A stretch of 64,000 bases of DNA from Chloroflexota bacterium (GCA_026713825.1 JAPONS010000108.1:7585-71584); one strand, 5' to 3'. Counted from the first letter of the stretch, positions 54,369 through 64,000 are shown. Notes: generated from the letters alone by a model not told the origin. A program made the numbers and translations.

Positions 54369-55727
54369 ATGACCAACGGCCTGCCTCTGCTCAACAAGCT
54401 GCTCTACACCTCCGACATGATCGGCGGGCAGGCGGTGGCGCAGACGCGCAACCTGTGGCTGCTGTTCTTCCTCGCGCCGCCGCGGGGCGAGGGCGATGCC
54501 GCCGTCACAGGCCTGTCGCTTGGCCCGATCGACATCGACGCGCGCGTACTGGTCGGGGCGGTGCTGACGGCGGGCCGGCTCATCGAGGCGTTCGACGACC
54601 CCATCATCGGCTGGTGGAGCGACCGCACCAGGAGCCGTTGGGGCCGGCGCCTGCCCTTCGTGGTGTTCTCGACGCCGTTCTGGGCCATCTTCTTCATGCT
54701 GCTCTGGTTCTCGCCCGTGGAGGGCGCGAGCTTCGTCAACGCCCTCTGGGTCTTCGTCATTTTGGAGCTGTTCTTCCTCAGCAACACCATGTCCATTGGC
54801 CCGTACGAGTCGCTGCTGCCGGAGGTGGCGAGGAGCCACCGGGACCGGATGAGCATCGTTGCGATGCAGTTCTACTTCGGCGTGCTGGGCGCGGTGCTGG
54901 GGCTGGTGCTGAGCGGCGTTGTGCAGGACACGTGGGGGTTCCAGGTCATGGGCGTATTGGTGGGCGCGCTGGGGCTTGGCTTTCGCTTCCTCGGCGTCGG
55001 CGGCGTCTGGCGGCACGCTCCGCGCGACACGCCGCCCGCGCAGATGCCGCTCAAGGGCGCCTTCCTCGCGACGCTGGCCAACAAGCAGTTCCTGTACTTC
55101 CTGCCCACCTTCGTGCTGTACCAGCTCTCGACGACGATGACGCTGGGGTGGATGCCATTCTTCGTCTCGGCCATCCTCGGCGCGGAGAATGAGGGCACGA
55201 TGACGTCGGCGCTGACGGGCACGGCGCTGGTGGGGATGATGGTGGCGGTGTTCGCCATGTGGAAGCTGAGCCATACGAAGGGCAAGCAGTGGGTCTACTC
55301 GTTATGCCTGCTGGGCACCGCCGTCATCCTGCCCTTCATGTTCTTCGTGGGGTTCGTGCCGGGGGTGCCGATACTGGCGCAGGGGATCGTCGTCGCCTTC
55401 CTCGTCGGGCTGCCGATGGGCGGCGTGAACCTCATGCCGCGGGCCATCACCGCCGACATCACCGACTACGACGAGATCCGCACCGGCATGCGCCGGGAGG
55501 CGATGTTCTTCACGACGCAGAACCTCTTCGAGAAGGTGGGTTCGTCGTTCTCCGCGCTGTTGCTCGCGCTCATCCTGCTGCTGGGCGAGACGGCGGACGA
55601 CCCGCTGGGCATCCGCCTGCTGGGGCCGGTGGCGGGCGCCATCGCGTTCATCGGCTACTGGGTGTTCCGGGGATACCGGCTGCCGAGCACCGTCACGCCG
55701 GAGAGCGTGCGGGAGGCGGGGTTGTAG
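54369..55727 (+). CDS. MFS transporter (GPH glycoside/pentoside/hexuronide:cation symporter-like)
   Basis: 452 aa with about 12 hydrophobic spans. …AFDDPIIGWWSDRTRSRWGRRLPF… is the GPH-family signature loop. Confidence 0.75.
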   Translation: MTNGLPLLNKLLYTSDMIGGQAVAQTRNLWLLFFLAPPRGEGDAAVTGLSLGPIDIDARVLVGAVLTAGRLIEAFDDPIIGWWSDRTRSRWGRRLPFVVFSTPFWAIFFMLLWFSPVEGASFVNALWVFVILELFFLSNTMSIGPYESLLPEVARSHRDRMSIVAMQFYFGVLGAVLGLVLSGVVQDTWGFQVMGVLVGALGLGFRFLGVGGVWRHAPRDTPPAQMPLKGAFLATLANKQFLYFLPTFVLYQLSTTMTLGWMPFFVSAILGAENEGTMTSALTGTALVGMMVAVFAMWKLSHTKGKQWVYSLCLLGTAVILPFMFFVGFVPGVPILAQGIVVAFLVGLPMGGVNLMPRAITADITDYDEIRTGMRREAMFFTTQNLFEKVGSSFSALLLALILLLGETADDPLGIRLLGPVAGAIAFIGYWVFRGYRLPSTVTPESVREAGL

Positions 55728-55738
55728 GGGTTAACGTC

Positions 55739-56410
55739 TCAACAATTCTTGTTCCTGTCGGAGTCCCAAGCCTTGTACATAGCAACAAGCTCCCCTAGCT
55801 CTTCATTTACGACATTATGCATCTCCGACAAGAAGGCCCTTGGTACTAGGATCCAACCATAACCGTTGGCCAGTTTTTCCATACGCAAGACTTGTCTCTG
55901 CTTCTCGGAGGCCATCTCAAAACGCCCATTGTTGTGAGCGATGACATTTCGCACGTTTCTGAGCACCTCCAATCTCTTCAAGTTTTCCTCATTTCGTGAG
56001 AGTTCCATCCCAAGGACATCTCTGTAATGTGCAATCGCCTTTGTCAAGAAGTCGCTGTTGCCTCCCCTGGTGTTGAGGCCCACAGTTAGTCCCTTTTCAC
56101 GCCCAATGAGTTCAGCGATCTCCTTGACCGATGTTTCATATACAGCGAATAGCCCAACAATGAATGGGCTACGATAAACACGAGGTAGGAAGGACTCGGT
56201 AAAGTAGCCGTATTCGAAGTTGAGCATATCCGACTCATATTCATAATCCGAGTCAGAAGTAAGACTTCGAAGTCCATCGTCGCGTTTCTTCATTGCCTCC
56301 TCCGTGGCGTGTGAAATATGTTCTTCAATTAATGTGATATGCTCTTTGAGAGTTGTAATCTCCAATGCAATTTCTACGAGTCGAAAGTCAATTGTGAGTT
56401 CTTGGCTCAT
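55739..56410 (-). CDS. HEPN-motif protein (predicted RNase of Abi/toxin type), family unassigned
   Basis: Clearly AT-richer than the neighbours. Rx4H motif in …LEVLRNVRNVIAHNNG… preceded by long helices. Start probably the ATG at 56410 (MSQELTIDF…, RBS aagga); the track start is 56470. Confidence 0.55.
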   Translation of the reverse strand: MSQELTIDFRLVEIALEITTLKEHITLIEEHISHATEEAMKKRDDGLRSLTSDSDYEYESDMLNFEYGYFTESFLPRVYRSPFIVGLFAVYETSVKEIAELIGREKGLTVGLNTRGGNSDFLTKAIAHYRDVLGMELSRNEENLKRLEVLRNVRNVIAHNNGRFEMASEKQRQVLRMEKLANGYGWILVPRAFLSEMHNVVNEELGELVAMYKAWDSDRNKNC

Positions 56411-56510
56411 CCGCAGTTTCCTTCTTTTCGAGACCTGCAGGACACCTTTTACTCGCCGGTCATTAGCCAAAGCAAGGCCTCAAGCCTGAGCTGCCAAATC
56501 AACTCCCATT

Positions 56511-56540
56511 AGAAAAAGGGAGGGGCACAAGGCCCCTCCT
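56511..56540 (-). terminator. rho-independent terminator between the two island genes
   Basis: The minus strand reads ggaggggc-cttgt-gcccctcc followed by cttttt. Confidence 0.65.
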
Positions 56541-56641
56541 AATAGAGTGTGCTTCGTTAGCTATCTGCCCCCGAGGCTGCCTGCTGCCAATGGGTGACGC
56601 TAAAGAGCGTGCAGGAGGCGGGCTGTAAGGGTGTTCATTCT

Positions 56642-57337
56642 TCAAAGTCTCAAGGACTTAACGTTCTGCTCTGCGCTTTCACTCAGCATGTTGATCGAGT
56701 AATACAGGGCCGTAGCTGCCTCTTGTCCAATGTTATCTTCAATATTCAAACGACGGCTGGTTTTGGTGAATAGACCTCTCAAGAGGAGTTCGTTCTTCTC
56801 GTACAAATCGGCGTTTAGCCTATTGGCCGACCGTGCAATACACTGGCCAAGTAGCTTTTCGTCATCCGTGAGATTGGATGGGTCACTGATCAACTTGGGC
56901 GCCCACTTCTCGAAGAATTCCATCCTCCTAACGTTTCCCATTGCCTTTGCCCTTTCGTCAGTCCGGCCATTGGCATCCAACCCGGTTGATTGAGAAATAG
57001 TTCGATTGTATTCGCCCATGGTCTCCCATACCGAGAGTTTGTGCCTAGCTTTCAAGTATTGGACGGTAAAGGCACTTTGCTGTATGACTTGCTCATCTTT
57101 CTTGAATCGCTTCTGCCATGCGAGCCCATACAGTTCCAAACGCAGCGCCGTCAGTTCATGGTGAAGTGACTCTTGGGGGATACTTTCCATTTGGGGGTTT
57201 TTGTCTATCAATTGCTTCTTGATGACATCCAAGAGAACTGTAGGTTTTGCTACAATTTGTCCTATTTCGACGCCATCGAAGACGATCTCGTCGTAGAAAC
57301 GCCCGCAATGCTGTGCGATCCCTCCCTGAATCTCCAT
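56642..57337 (-). CDS. hypothetical 231-aa protein (no recognisable family)
   Basis: AT-rich codon usage. The ATG at 57337 lies 5 nt after the gaggag RBS. Helical, Lys/Glu-rich. Confidence 0.5.
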   Translation of the reverse strand: MEIQGGIAQHCGRFYDEIVFDGVEIGQIVAKPTVLLDVIKKQLIDKNPQMESIPQESLHHELTALRLELYGLAWQKRFKKDEQVIQQSAFTVQYLKARHKLSVWETMGEYNRTISQSTGLDANGRTDERAKAMGNVRRMEFFEKWAPKLISDPSNLTDDEKLLGQCIARSANRLNADLYEKNELLLRGLFTKTSRRLNIEDNIGQEAATALYYSINMLSESAEQNVKSLRL

Positions 57338-57414
57338 TCCCACTCCTCAGCGTATTGAGCAGAATGCACCCCTCCAACACGAGGCACATTCCGCTCAACT
57401 AGTCAGTCACCCCC

Positions 57415-58731
57415 CTACTCGAAGAACGGCACGAACGCCACCGGCTCCCCGCCGTCTACGTTTCGGACTACCTTGGTGGCTTCCTGCCAGTCGACGGTCT
57501 CGTTGAGGATCATGCCGACGGGGCGGACGCGGACGAGCTTGGTGTCGTCGACGCTCGCGGGAATGGAGCCGTCCTCCTGCAGCGCGCGGGCGCCGGCCAG
57601 CAGTTGCTTGCGCACCTGGATGATCATGCGGTCGCTGGTGCCGAGGTGCTCACGGCGGCGGTCGTAGATGGCCCCCATGGTCTCGGTCATCGCGCGGTCC
57701 TGAAGGTTCACGAGGAAGGGGACGCCGGACATCATGTACTTACTCTGTACGTCGTAGTCGATGCAGTAGTCGTTGGCCTTTCGCGCATAGGACATGTAGC
57801 GGGTGCGCGGGTCGGGCGTTTCAGGGAGGTAGCCGCCGGCGGACTTGAACGGGTCCAGCAGGAACGCCTCAAGATCAGAGGACGCCCCCGTGTCCGCCCT
57901 GCCGCTCATCATGAACAGCATGTGGTAGTCGTCGTCGATGGGCACCCATGCGCGGAGGTTCACCGTCGCGTCGATGGTGATCATGCTGAAGAAGGGGTAG
58001 AGGTACTGGTTGACGCGGTGGTGGATGTCGCCCTGGTCGTTTATGTGACGGAGGGCGGTGTAGTAGACGCCGTAAGGCGTGGGCACCACGTCGAGCGCGG
58101 GCGCGCGGTCGTTAGTCCAGACGCCGCGGAGCTGGCCCGGCGCGGCGGGGGCGTCCTCGTAGAGACGGCCGTGGATGAAGTAGACGTGGGAGGAGTCGAG
58201 GTCGCCCTCCAACCCCTGCATCCAGTTGCACTCCTCCGTCATTACGTGGGGCTCGTACGACTGATCGTAGGGAAGTGTCGTAACCTCAAACGGCGGGAAG
58301 GGTGGAGGCGTCTCGCGGGGCCCCATGTAGGTCCACAGGGCCTTGTTCACTTCCACGACGGGGTACGTGATGGCGCGGACCTTGTCCTTGAAGTTGGACT
58401 TGGTCGGCTCGTTGGGCATTTCGAGGCAGGCGCCGGTGACGTCGAACTTCCAGCCATGGTAGTTGCAGGCGAGGCCGGCGTTCTCGTTGCGGCCGAAGAA
58501 GAGCGACGCGCCGCGGTGCGGGCAGTTCTCGGCGATGAGGCCGACATCGCCGTTGGAGTCGCGGAAGGCGACGAGGTCCTCGCCGAGCAGGCGGACGCGC
58601 TTCATGGGGCCGTCACGCTCCGGCAGGTCGCGGGACGGCAGGAACGGGATCCAGAACTCGCGGATGAAAGAGCCCATCGGCGTTCCGGGCCCGACTCGCG
58701 TCAGCATCTCATTGTCGTAGGTCGTCAGCAT
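57415..58731 (-). CDS. Rieske [2Fe-2S] aromatic-ring-hydroxylating oxygenase, alpha subunit-like
   Basis: Start at MLTTYDNEMLTRVGPGTPMG… Rieske motif CPHRGASL…CNYHGWKF. 438 aa. Confidence 0.85.
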   Translation of the reverse strand: MLTTYDNEMLTRVGPGTPMGSFIREFWIPFLPSRDLPERDGPMKRVRLLGEDLVAFRDSNGDVGLIAENCPHRGASLFFGRNENAGLACNYHGWKFDVTGACLEMPNEPTKSNFKDKVRAITYPVVEVNKALWTYMGPRETPPPFPPFEVTTLPYDQSYEPHVMTEECNWMQGLEGDLDSSHVYFIHGRLYEDAPAAPGQLRGVWTNDRAPALDVVPTPYGVYYTALRHINDQGDIHHRVNQYLYPFFSMITIDATVNLRAWVPIDDDYHMLFMMSGRADTGASSDLEAFLLDPFKSAGGYLPETPDPRTRYMSYARKANDYCIDYDVQSKYMMSGVPFLVNLQDRAMTETMGAIYDRRREHLGTSDRMIIQVRKQLLAGARALQEDGSIPASVDDTKLVRVRPVGMILNETVDWQEATKVVRNVDGGEPVAFVPFFE

Positions 58732-58882
58732 GCGTTTCCCCCTGATATGAATTATCCGGTTTCCCGATGCCGTAGGGTATGCAAACAGCCTTGGCGTCGT
58801 CAAGCGGAGACTCGGCGGAATTCGGCGCACGTACACGACCGGCCGTGCGACGACTGGGCACATCGACCCGCGGCGCCGGGAA

Positions 58883-60571
58883 TCAGGACGCGATCATGCC
58901 TTGCTGCGGCTGCGTCCAGGCCACCCTGGGCAGGTGCGTCATGAACTTGGACCGCGGCAGGTCCAAGTGCCCCACCGGCACGTCGATGACGACCGGCGCA
59001 TTGAGCGCCAGGGCTTCGGGCAGCAGCGTGGCGAGGTCCGAGGGGTCTTCCGTGCGCAGTCCCACCACACCGAAGGACTCGGCGAACTTGACCAGGTCCG
59101 GGTTGTGCAGATCCGTGCCATACGAGCCGCCAAAGAAGTCCTCGAGGTCGCGTGCGACGTTGCCGTAGGCGTCGTCCCTGAACACGACGGTGACGGTGTT
59201 GATGCCGTACTTGACCGCCGTCGAGAGTTCGGAGGCGTTGAACATGAAGCCGCCGTCGCCGGTGAAGCAGACCACGGGCGTGCCAGGCTTGCCGACCTTG
59301 GCGCCGAGAGCGGTGGGAAATGCGTGACCGAGGTTGAACGAGAAGCCGGAGTCTATGTACGTGCCGGGCAGGTTCACCTGGTAGTGGGTGCGGGAGTAGT
59401 AGCCAAACTGCGTGACGTCCCAGACCGTTATGGTCTCCTCAGGGATGCTCTGCTTGATGGTCTCGAGGACGGCGTACTGCGGCTCCTGCTGCCTGATGTC
59501 GTAGTAGGCAATGAGGCGACGGGCCGCCTCGACAGCCTCTGCTGGTGATGGGCGGTTGTCTGCGCCCGCCTCCCTGAGGAAGGGGAGCAACGCCTCAAGC
59601 GTCGCCTTGACGTCGCCGTGCAGGGGCAGGGTGTTGGCCTGTATTCTCGTGAGGTCCCTGTCGTCGATGTTTATGTTAATCAGCGTGCATGCCTCTCCCG
59701 CGGGATTGCCGATCGAAAAGCGCGCTCCGACGCCGATCATGACATCGGCCGACTGCATGACGTCGAGGAGCTGGTTCAACTCGAGCGTTTCCGCCGCCGG
59801 GCTGAGGCAGGACCCGTAGGTCAGGGGATGGTTGTCGGGGATCGCCCCCTTGCCGCCGCTCGACGTGATGACGGGGATGTTGGTCGTTTCCACAAGTTCC
59901 CGGAGAACACCCTCCGCGCCCGACTGCATGACGCCGCCGCCGGCGTATATGAGGGGGAGCCTGGAATTGGCGATCACGTCCGCCGCACGGCGAAGGTCGT
60001 CCGGGCTGGGCACGATGCGCGAGACGGGGGCAGAGTCACGCAACTGCACTTCCTCGCGCTCGACGGCCACTTCCGGCGGCATCTCAAGGTAGACGGGGCG
60101 AGGGCGTCCTGTGCGCATCTGCCGGAAGGCCTCGGAGACTGCGGCCGGGATTTCACGGGGACGCATGGCCTGCCGCCGCCACTTGGTCACGGGAGCGAGG
60201 GTTTCCATCTGGTTGAACACCTCATGGATGGCGCCCAGGTCCTTGCCCATCTGCGGCCGCGAGATCTGCCCGGCAATGAGCAACACCGGCGTTGAGCGCG
60301 CGAAGGCGGTCGCCATTCCGGAAGCGGCGTTGTAGACGCCCGCGCCGGGGACGACCAACGCCACGCCGGGCTTACCCGAAGCCCGGGCGTAGCCGTAGGC
60401 CATGTTTGTCGCGCCGCCCTCATGCCGCGTGGTGATGTGCTCGATTGCCGCATCGTCGCGCATGGCGACGACGCTGCCGGACATGTGAATGCCGGGTATC
60501 CCGAAGACTACCTCGACTCCCTCTCGAATCAAGGACTGGGTCAAGGCTTCGCCGCCACTCATATTGGCCAT
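58883..60571 (-). CDS. thiamine-pyrophosphate-dependent enzyme (acetolactate-synthase-like)
   Basis: Start at MANMSGGEALTQSLIREGVEVVFGIPG… TPP motif …GDGGFMFNASELSTAV…N… 562 aa. Confidence 0.8.
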   Translation of the reverse strand: MANMSGGEALTQSLIREGVEVVFGIPGIHMSGSVVAMRDDAAIEHITTRHEGGATNMAYGYARASGKPGVALVVPGAGVYNAASGMATAFARSTPVLLIAGQISRPQMGKDLGAIHEVFNQMETLAPVTKWRRQAMRPREIPAAVSEAFRQMRTGRPRPVYLEMPPEVAVEREEVQLRDSAPVSRIVPSPDDLRRAADVIANSRLPLIYAGGGVMQSGAEGVLRELVETTNIPVITSSGGKGAIPDNHPLTYGSCLSPAAETLELNQLLDVMQSADVMIGVGARFSIGNPAGEACTLININIDDRDLTRIQANTLPLHGDVKATLEALLPFLREAGADNRPSPAEAVEAARRLIAYYDIRQQEPQYAVLETIKQSIPEETITVWDVTQFGYYSRTHYQVNLPGTYIDSGFSFNLGHAFPTALGAKVGKPGTPVVCFTGDGGFMFNASELSTAVKYGINTVTVVFRDDAYGNVARDLEDFFGGSYGTDLHNPDLVKFAESFGVVGLRTEDPSDLATLLPEALALNAPVVIDVPVGHLDLPRSKFMTHLPRVAWTQPQQGMIAS

Positions 60572-60811
60572 TAGTCTGGTCCCTTCACTCAGCGACTGGG
60601 CAGCATGCCGGTGCGGGAGCTTGCTGCTGCCCATCAATGAGTCGAAGCTGGGCCGGCCCTGTGGTATCGCGAGTATATCACTATGGTGTGGCAGAAATGC
60701 CCGTGTGCAAGGTGGGAAACACCAATGTCTGCTGGCCGCCAAGTATGGTGCGATAGTACCAACACCGGGTACTAAGCGTGGCGAATCCATCGACGAACGT
60801 ACGTTGCGGCG

Positions 60812-61903
60812 TTACGCGCCATGCCCGGACGCCGAGGCAGTCCCATCCGGGTCCAGCCCTGCACGCACCGCCGGCATCACATCCGAAATGAAGAGTTCCA
60901 GTGACCGCTCAGAACGCTCAGGCGGCAGGTCCCCAAATGAGAACACGAGTATGCAGTAGTTGATTCCCGAGACCTCTATGGACTCAATCAACCGCTCGGC
61001 CACTGTCTCCGGCGACCCGGCGATGACCACGCGCGTACTTCGGTCGGGCTGCGGCGCGGCCGTGAGCGAGGCGCTGTGCTTCCGGGAGAGGTGGCTGATG
61101 TGCGCGGCCCACTCGGCCATTGCCGGGCCGGCGATGGCCTCCGCCTCGGCGTCGGTCTCGGCGACGAAGATGTGCTGGTTGCGGCCGAGCCGCGGCGCGG
61201 CGACGTGTGCGTTGTGACGGCCCTCGTCGTCCTGGTGCTCCAACCAGGTCTCGCGGTACTGCTCCAGCATGGGTCGGACGTTCTCAGGCGCGCCGGGGAT
61301 GGCGGTGTTGTACCCGTGCCGCGCGACGAAGTCGATGATGTCCGGGCTGCTGCTGGGGAACCAGAGAGGCGGGTACGGCTTCTGGTACGGCGCCGTGTGC
61401 AGCTCGACGTCGTGGTAGTTGAAGTAGTTGCCCTCGTGCTCCAGCGTGTCCTTCCCGCAGGCGTTGAAGAAAATGTCGAGCGTCTCACGGTAGCGGCCCC
61501 GCGATTCCTCCACGTCGTCGATGCCGTAGACCGAGGACTCGAGGAGCGAGATGCCGCGGCCGACGCCGAGCTCCACGCGCCCGCGGCTCATCTGGTCCAG
61601 CATGCAGACCTCGTTGTAGAAGCGGTACGGGTCGTACCAGGGCAGGCAAAAGGTGAGCGCACCCACATGCAGGTTTTGCGTGCGCTGGATGGCGGCGGCG
61701 AGCAGGATGGACGGCGAGATGTTGAGGGAGAGGGGCGTCGCCTGGTGCTGCGCCGTGTGCCAGGCGTAGAAGCCCGCGCGGTCGGCCATCTCCACCAGAC
61801 GCATCTTGTGCTCGACGATGTCAGCGACGGGGCGGCCGGAGTTCTCGATCCAGTCGAACATCGCGAACTCGAACGGCGCTTCAGGGAACGTTGTGACTGC
61901 CAT
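60812..61903 (-). CDS. LLM-class flavin-dependent oxidoreductase
   Basis: Start at MAVTTFPEAPFEFAMFDW… with RBS aaggag. …AGFYAWHTAQHQATPLS…MLDQMSRGRVELGVGRG…. Confidence 0.8.
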   Translation of the reverse strand: MAVTTFPEAPFEFAMFDWIENSGRPVADIVEHKMRLVEMADRAGFYAWHTAQHQATPLSLNISPSILLAAAIQRTQNLHVGALTFCLPWYDPYRFYNEVCMLDQMSRGRVELGVGRGISLLESSVYGIDDVEESRGRYRETLDIFFNACGKDTLEHEGNYFNYHDVELHTAPYQKPYPPLWFPSSSPDIIDFVARHGYNTAIPGAPENVRPMLEQYRETWLEHQDDEGRHNAHVAAPRLGRNQHIFVAETDAEAEAIAGPAMAEWAAHISHLSRKHSASLTAAPQPDRSTRVVIAGSPETVAERLIESIEVSGINYCILVFSFGDLPPERSERSLELFISDVMPAVRAGLDPDGTASASGHGA

Positions 61904-62063
61904 GGCGTAGAGCTCCTTCGATGGGGTCTCGGTTTCGGGCTGTTGCCGGAGGGCAATCCGAATCCGCGCCAGTATACACCACGCCGTCGCGGCCCTTGCC
62001 GCCCCGAAGCCGTGCGGATATGATGCGGCAAACCCGCGACCCGACCCTGAACAAGGGGGCGTT

Positions 62064-63110
62064 ATGAGATTCGGTTCCTTCGTGGAGTTCTCCATGGCGG
62101 AAGGGGGCGACCCGGCGGAGGCCTACGCCAAGGCGTTCTCACACGTGGACATGGCGGAGGACCTCGGCCTCGACACCATCTGCCTTGCGGAGTTCCATTT
62201 CACGCCAAACCGGGTCATCTCGTCGCCGCTCATGGTGGGGGCGGCAATCGCGGGGCGCACCAAGCGCATCACGATCGGCACGTCGGTCCTCGTGCTGCCG
62301 CTGTCGAACCCTCTGCGCGTCGCCGAGGAAGGGGCCACGCTGGACCACGTCAGCGGCGGGCGCTTCGAGTTCGGCGTCGGGCGCAGCGGGTTTCAGGCGG
62401 CGTACCAGGGATACGGTATCCCCTACTCGGAGAGCCGCGACCGCTTTCGTGAAGCTCTCGACGTCATCACGATGGCGTGGACAAACGAGCGGTTCAGCTA
62501 CAGCGGTGAGTACTACAGCTACGAGAACGTCTGCGTGGTGCCAAAGCCGGTGCAGTCGCCGCACCCACCCATCCGGATCGCCGCGACGACGAATGAGACG
62601 TTCCCCGTCAACGGACAAATGGGCTACCCCCTCCTCGTCGGTCTGAGGACGGTGCCGCTGGAGGGGGTGACCGAGCAGGTCGCAAGCTACAAGAAAGCGT
62701 ACAAGGAGGCCGGCCACGAGGCGCCGATGGACGTTTCGCTGCGCATCCCCGTGTACATCGCCGAGGACCGGGAAGCCGCCCTGACCGAGCCGGAGGAGAG
62801 CTTTATGCGGCAGTTTCGCAGGCTGCAGCGGCGGCTGGTGGAGGACGAACAGGCCGGCGCGGGAACCGCCGCGGAGATGCGGTCCGAGCGCGCTGCCAGC
62901 ATCGCCTCGATGACGTGGGAGGACGTGCAGCGAGAGAAGGTAGCCGTCGGCACGCCGGAGATGGTCGTCGAGCAGCTGAGCAAGCTCAGGGAAGCGTTGC
63001 ACCTCACGGAGGTCGTCGCGGAGTTCAACGCGGGCGAGTTGATCCCATCTGAGCATATCGAACGCTCCCTGCAGCTCTTCTGCGAGAAGGTCGCCCCAGA
63101 ACTGCGTTAG
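62064..63110 (+). CDS. LLM-class flavin/F420-dependent oxidoreductase
   Basis: 348 aa. MRFGSFVEFSM…LGLDTICLAEFHFTP…LDHVSGGRFEFGVGRSG…. Confidence 0.85.
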   Translation: MRFGSFVEFSMAEGGDPAEAYAKAFSHVDMAEDLGLDTICLAEFHFTPNRVISSPLMVGAAIAGRTKRITIGTSVLVLPLSNPLRVAEEGATLDHVSGGRFEFGVGRSGFQAAYQGYGIPYSESRDRFREALDVITMAWTNERFSYSGEYYSYENVCVVPKPVQSPHPPIRIAATTNETFPVNGQMGYPLLVGLRTVPLEGVTEQVASYKKAYKEAGHEAPMDVSLRIPVYIAEDREAALTEPEESFMRQFRRLQRRLVEDEQAGAGTAAEMRSERAASIASMTWEDVQREKVAVGTPEMVVEQLSKLREALHLTEVVAEFNAGELIPSEHIERSLQLFCEKVAPELR

Positions 63111-63126
63111 CGACAAGGAGGTTGTC

Positions 63127-63618
63127 ATGCCGGTCAAGCTTGAACGGATTGGCCACTGCCTCATCAAGGTGCGTGACGTGGAGCGCTCCAAGAAGTTCTA
63201 CACGCAGGTGCTGGGTTTCCAGATGATGGAGCAGGACCCGGACCACGGCGGCGTCTTCCTGAGCTTGCCCGGCGACGGCCACACCATTGACCTCTCGCAG
63301 GTCGGTGACCCCAAGAGCGCGACGCCGCCCGTCGGCCAGCAGGACGGCGTCGGCGTGCTGCACATCGCCTTCAAGGTCGGCAGCTATGAGGCGCTGCGCG
63401 AGTCGTACGACAGCCTCATCGCCGACGGCGTCGAGGTGCAGCGCATGATGGACCACGTCAGCCAGCGCAGCCTCTACTTCCACGATCCCGACGGCAACAC
63501 GCTTGAGGTCTACTACGAGTACCCCAATGCCCGGGAGCTCTTCCTGGCGGGCCGCGGGGATGAGGATGTCCCGTTTACATGGGACGACCCCCTTCCGGAG
63601 CACGCCGCCACAGCCTAA
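63127..63618 (+). CDS. VOC-family (glyoxalase/bleomycin-resistance/extradiol dioxygenase) protein
   Basis: 163 aa. …RIGHCLIKVRDVERSKKFYTQVLGFQ…HIAFKV…SLYFHDPDGNTLEVY. RBS aaggagg. Confidence 0.85.
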   Translation: MPVKLERIGHCLIKVRDVERSKKFYTQVLGFQMMEQDPDHGGVFLSLPGDGHTIDLSQVGDPKSATPPVGQQDGVGVLHIAFKVGSYEALRESYDSLIADGVEVQRMMDHVSQRSLYFHDPDGNTLEVYYEYPNARELFLAGRGDEDVPFTWDDPLPEHAATA

Positions 63619-63638
63619 TAGCGCCACAGGAGGCCCCA

Positions 63639-64000
63639 ATGACGACCGATCCCCGCCAAAATGGCTTTGCACCCACCGAGTACGGCTCGGACGTCATCGT
63701 GGACACGCTGCGCGCCCTGGGCATCGAGTACGTCTCGATGAACCCGGGCGCCACGTTCCGCGGCATCCACGACTCGGTAGTCAACCACCTGGGCAACGAG
63801 CGACCGGAGTTCATCCTCTGCAACCATGAGGAGATCGCGGTCGCGCTCGCGCAGGGGTACGGGCGCGCGGCAGGCAAGCCGATGGCGGCCTTCGTGCATG
63901 ACATCGTCGGGCTGCTGCACGCGTCGATGGCGATGTTCAACGCGTGGATGGGCCGCTCCGGCGTGCTGGTGCTCGGCGCAACGGGCCCGCTCGACGCCAA
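63639..64000 (+). CDS. thiamine-pyrophosphate-dependent enzyme, N-terminal part (runs off the window end)
   Basis: Absent from the ORF track because no stop is reached. ATG at 63639 follows RBS caggagg. My own translation is MTTDPRQNGFAPTEYGSDVIVDTLRALGIEYVSMNPGATFRGIHDS…, a TPP_enzyme_N pattern. Confidence 0.65.
   Translation, partial: MTTDPRQNGFAPTEYGSDVIVDTLRALGIEYVSMNPGATFRGIHDSVVNHLGNERPEFILCNHEEIAVALAQGYGRAAGKPMAAFVHDIVGLLHASMAMFNAWMGRSGVLVLGATGPLDA

Overview
High-GC (about mid-60s % by eye), densely coding bacterial chromosomal segment with sigma70-like TTGACA-17/18-TAnnAT promoters and GGAGG-type RBSs. The gene content is three luciferase-like (LLM) flavin oxidoreductases, three TPP enzymes, a Rieske oxygenase, MmgE/PrpD, a CoxMSL-type molybdoenzyme, DinB and NIPSNAP, plus several families of short GC-rich palindromic intergenic repeats. 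This suggests an aerobic heterotroph of Chloroflexota-like type (SAR202/Thermomicrobia style), but that is inference only. Housekeeping blocks are rpsP-KH-rimM, yebC-ruvC-ruvA, pth, ligA, hspR-grpE-dnaK, an initiator tRNA-Met and amt-glnB. Four compositionally distinct (lower-GC) accessory patches stand out. (1) Most interesting: a catalytically intact-looking tnpB-only gene (26116-27411) whose stop codon lies 56 nt from an 8-repeat CRISPR array of type I-E geometry (27468-27912). No cas gene is present anywhere in the window. It is followed by a two-gene cassette ending in a stand-alone TIR-like (COG4271-type) protein. (2) A small-ORF plus retropepsin-like protease pair, the protease broken by one in-frame TAG. 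(3) A McrBC-type GTPase/nuclease pair with a roughly 500-aa unassigned N-terminal region. (4) A two-gene AT-rich island containing an Rx4H HEPN-motif protein. Two unusually long intergenic regions carry copies of a ~90-nt hairpin-containing element of unknown function. Many long ORFs in the supplied track are antisense or off-frame artefacts of GC-rich DNA and were not called. All family assignments come from motif recognition by eye; no searches were run.
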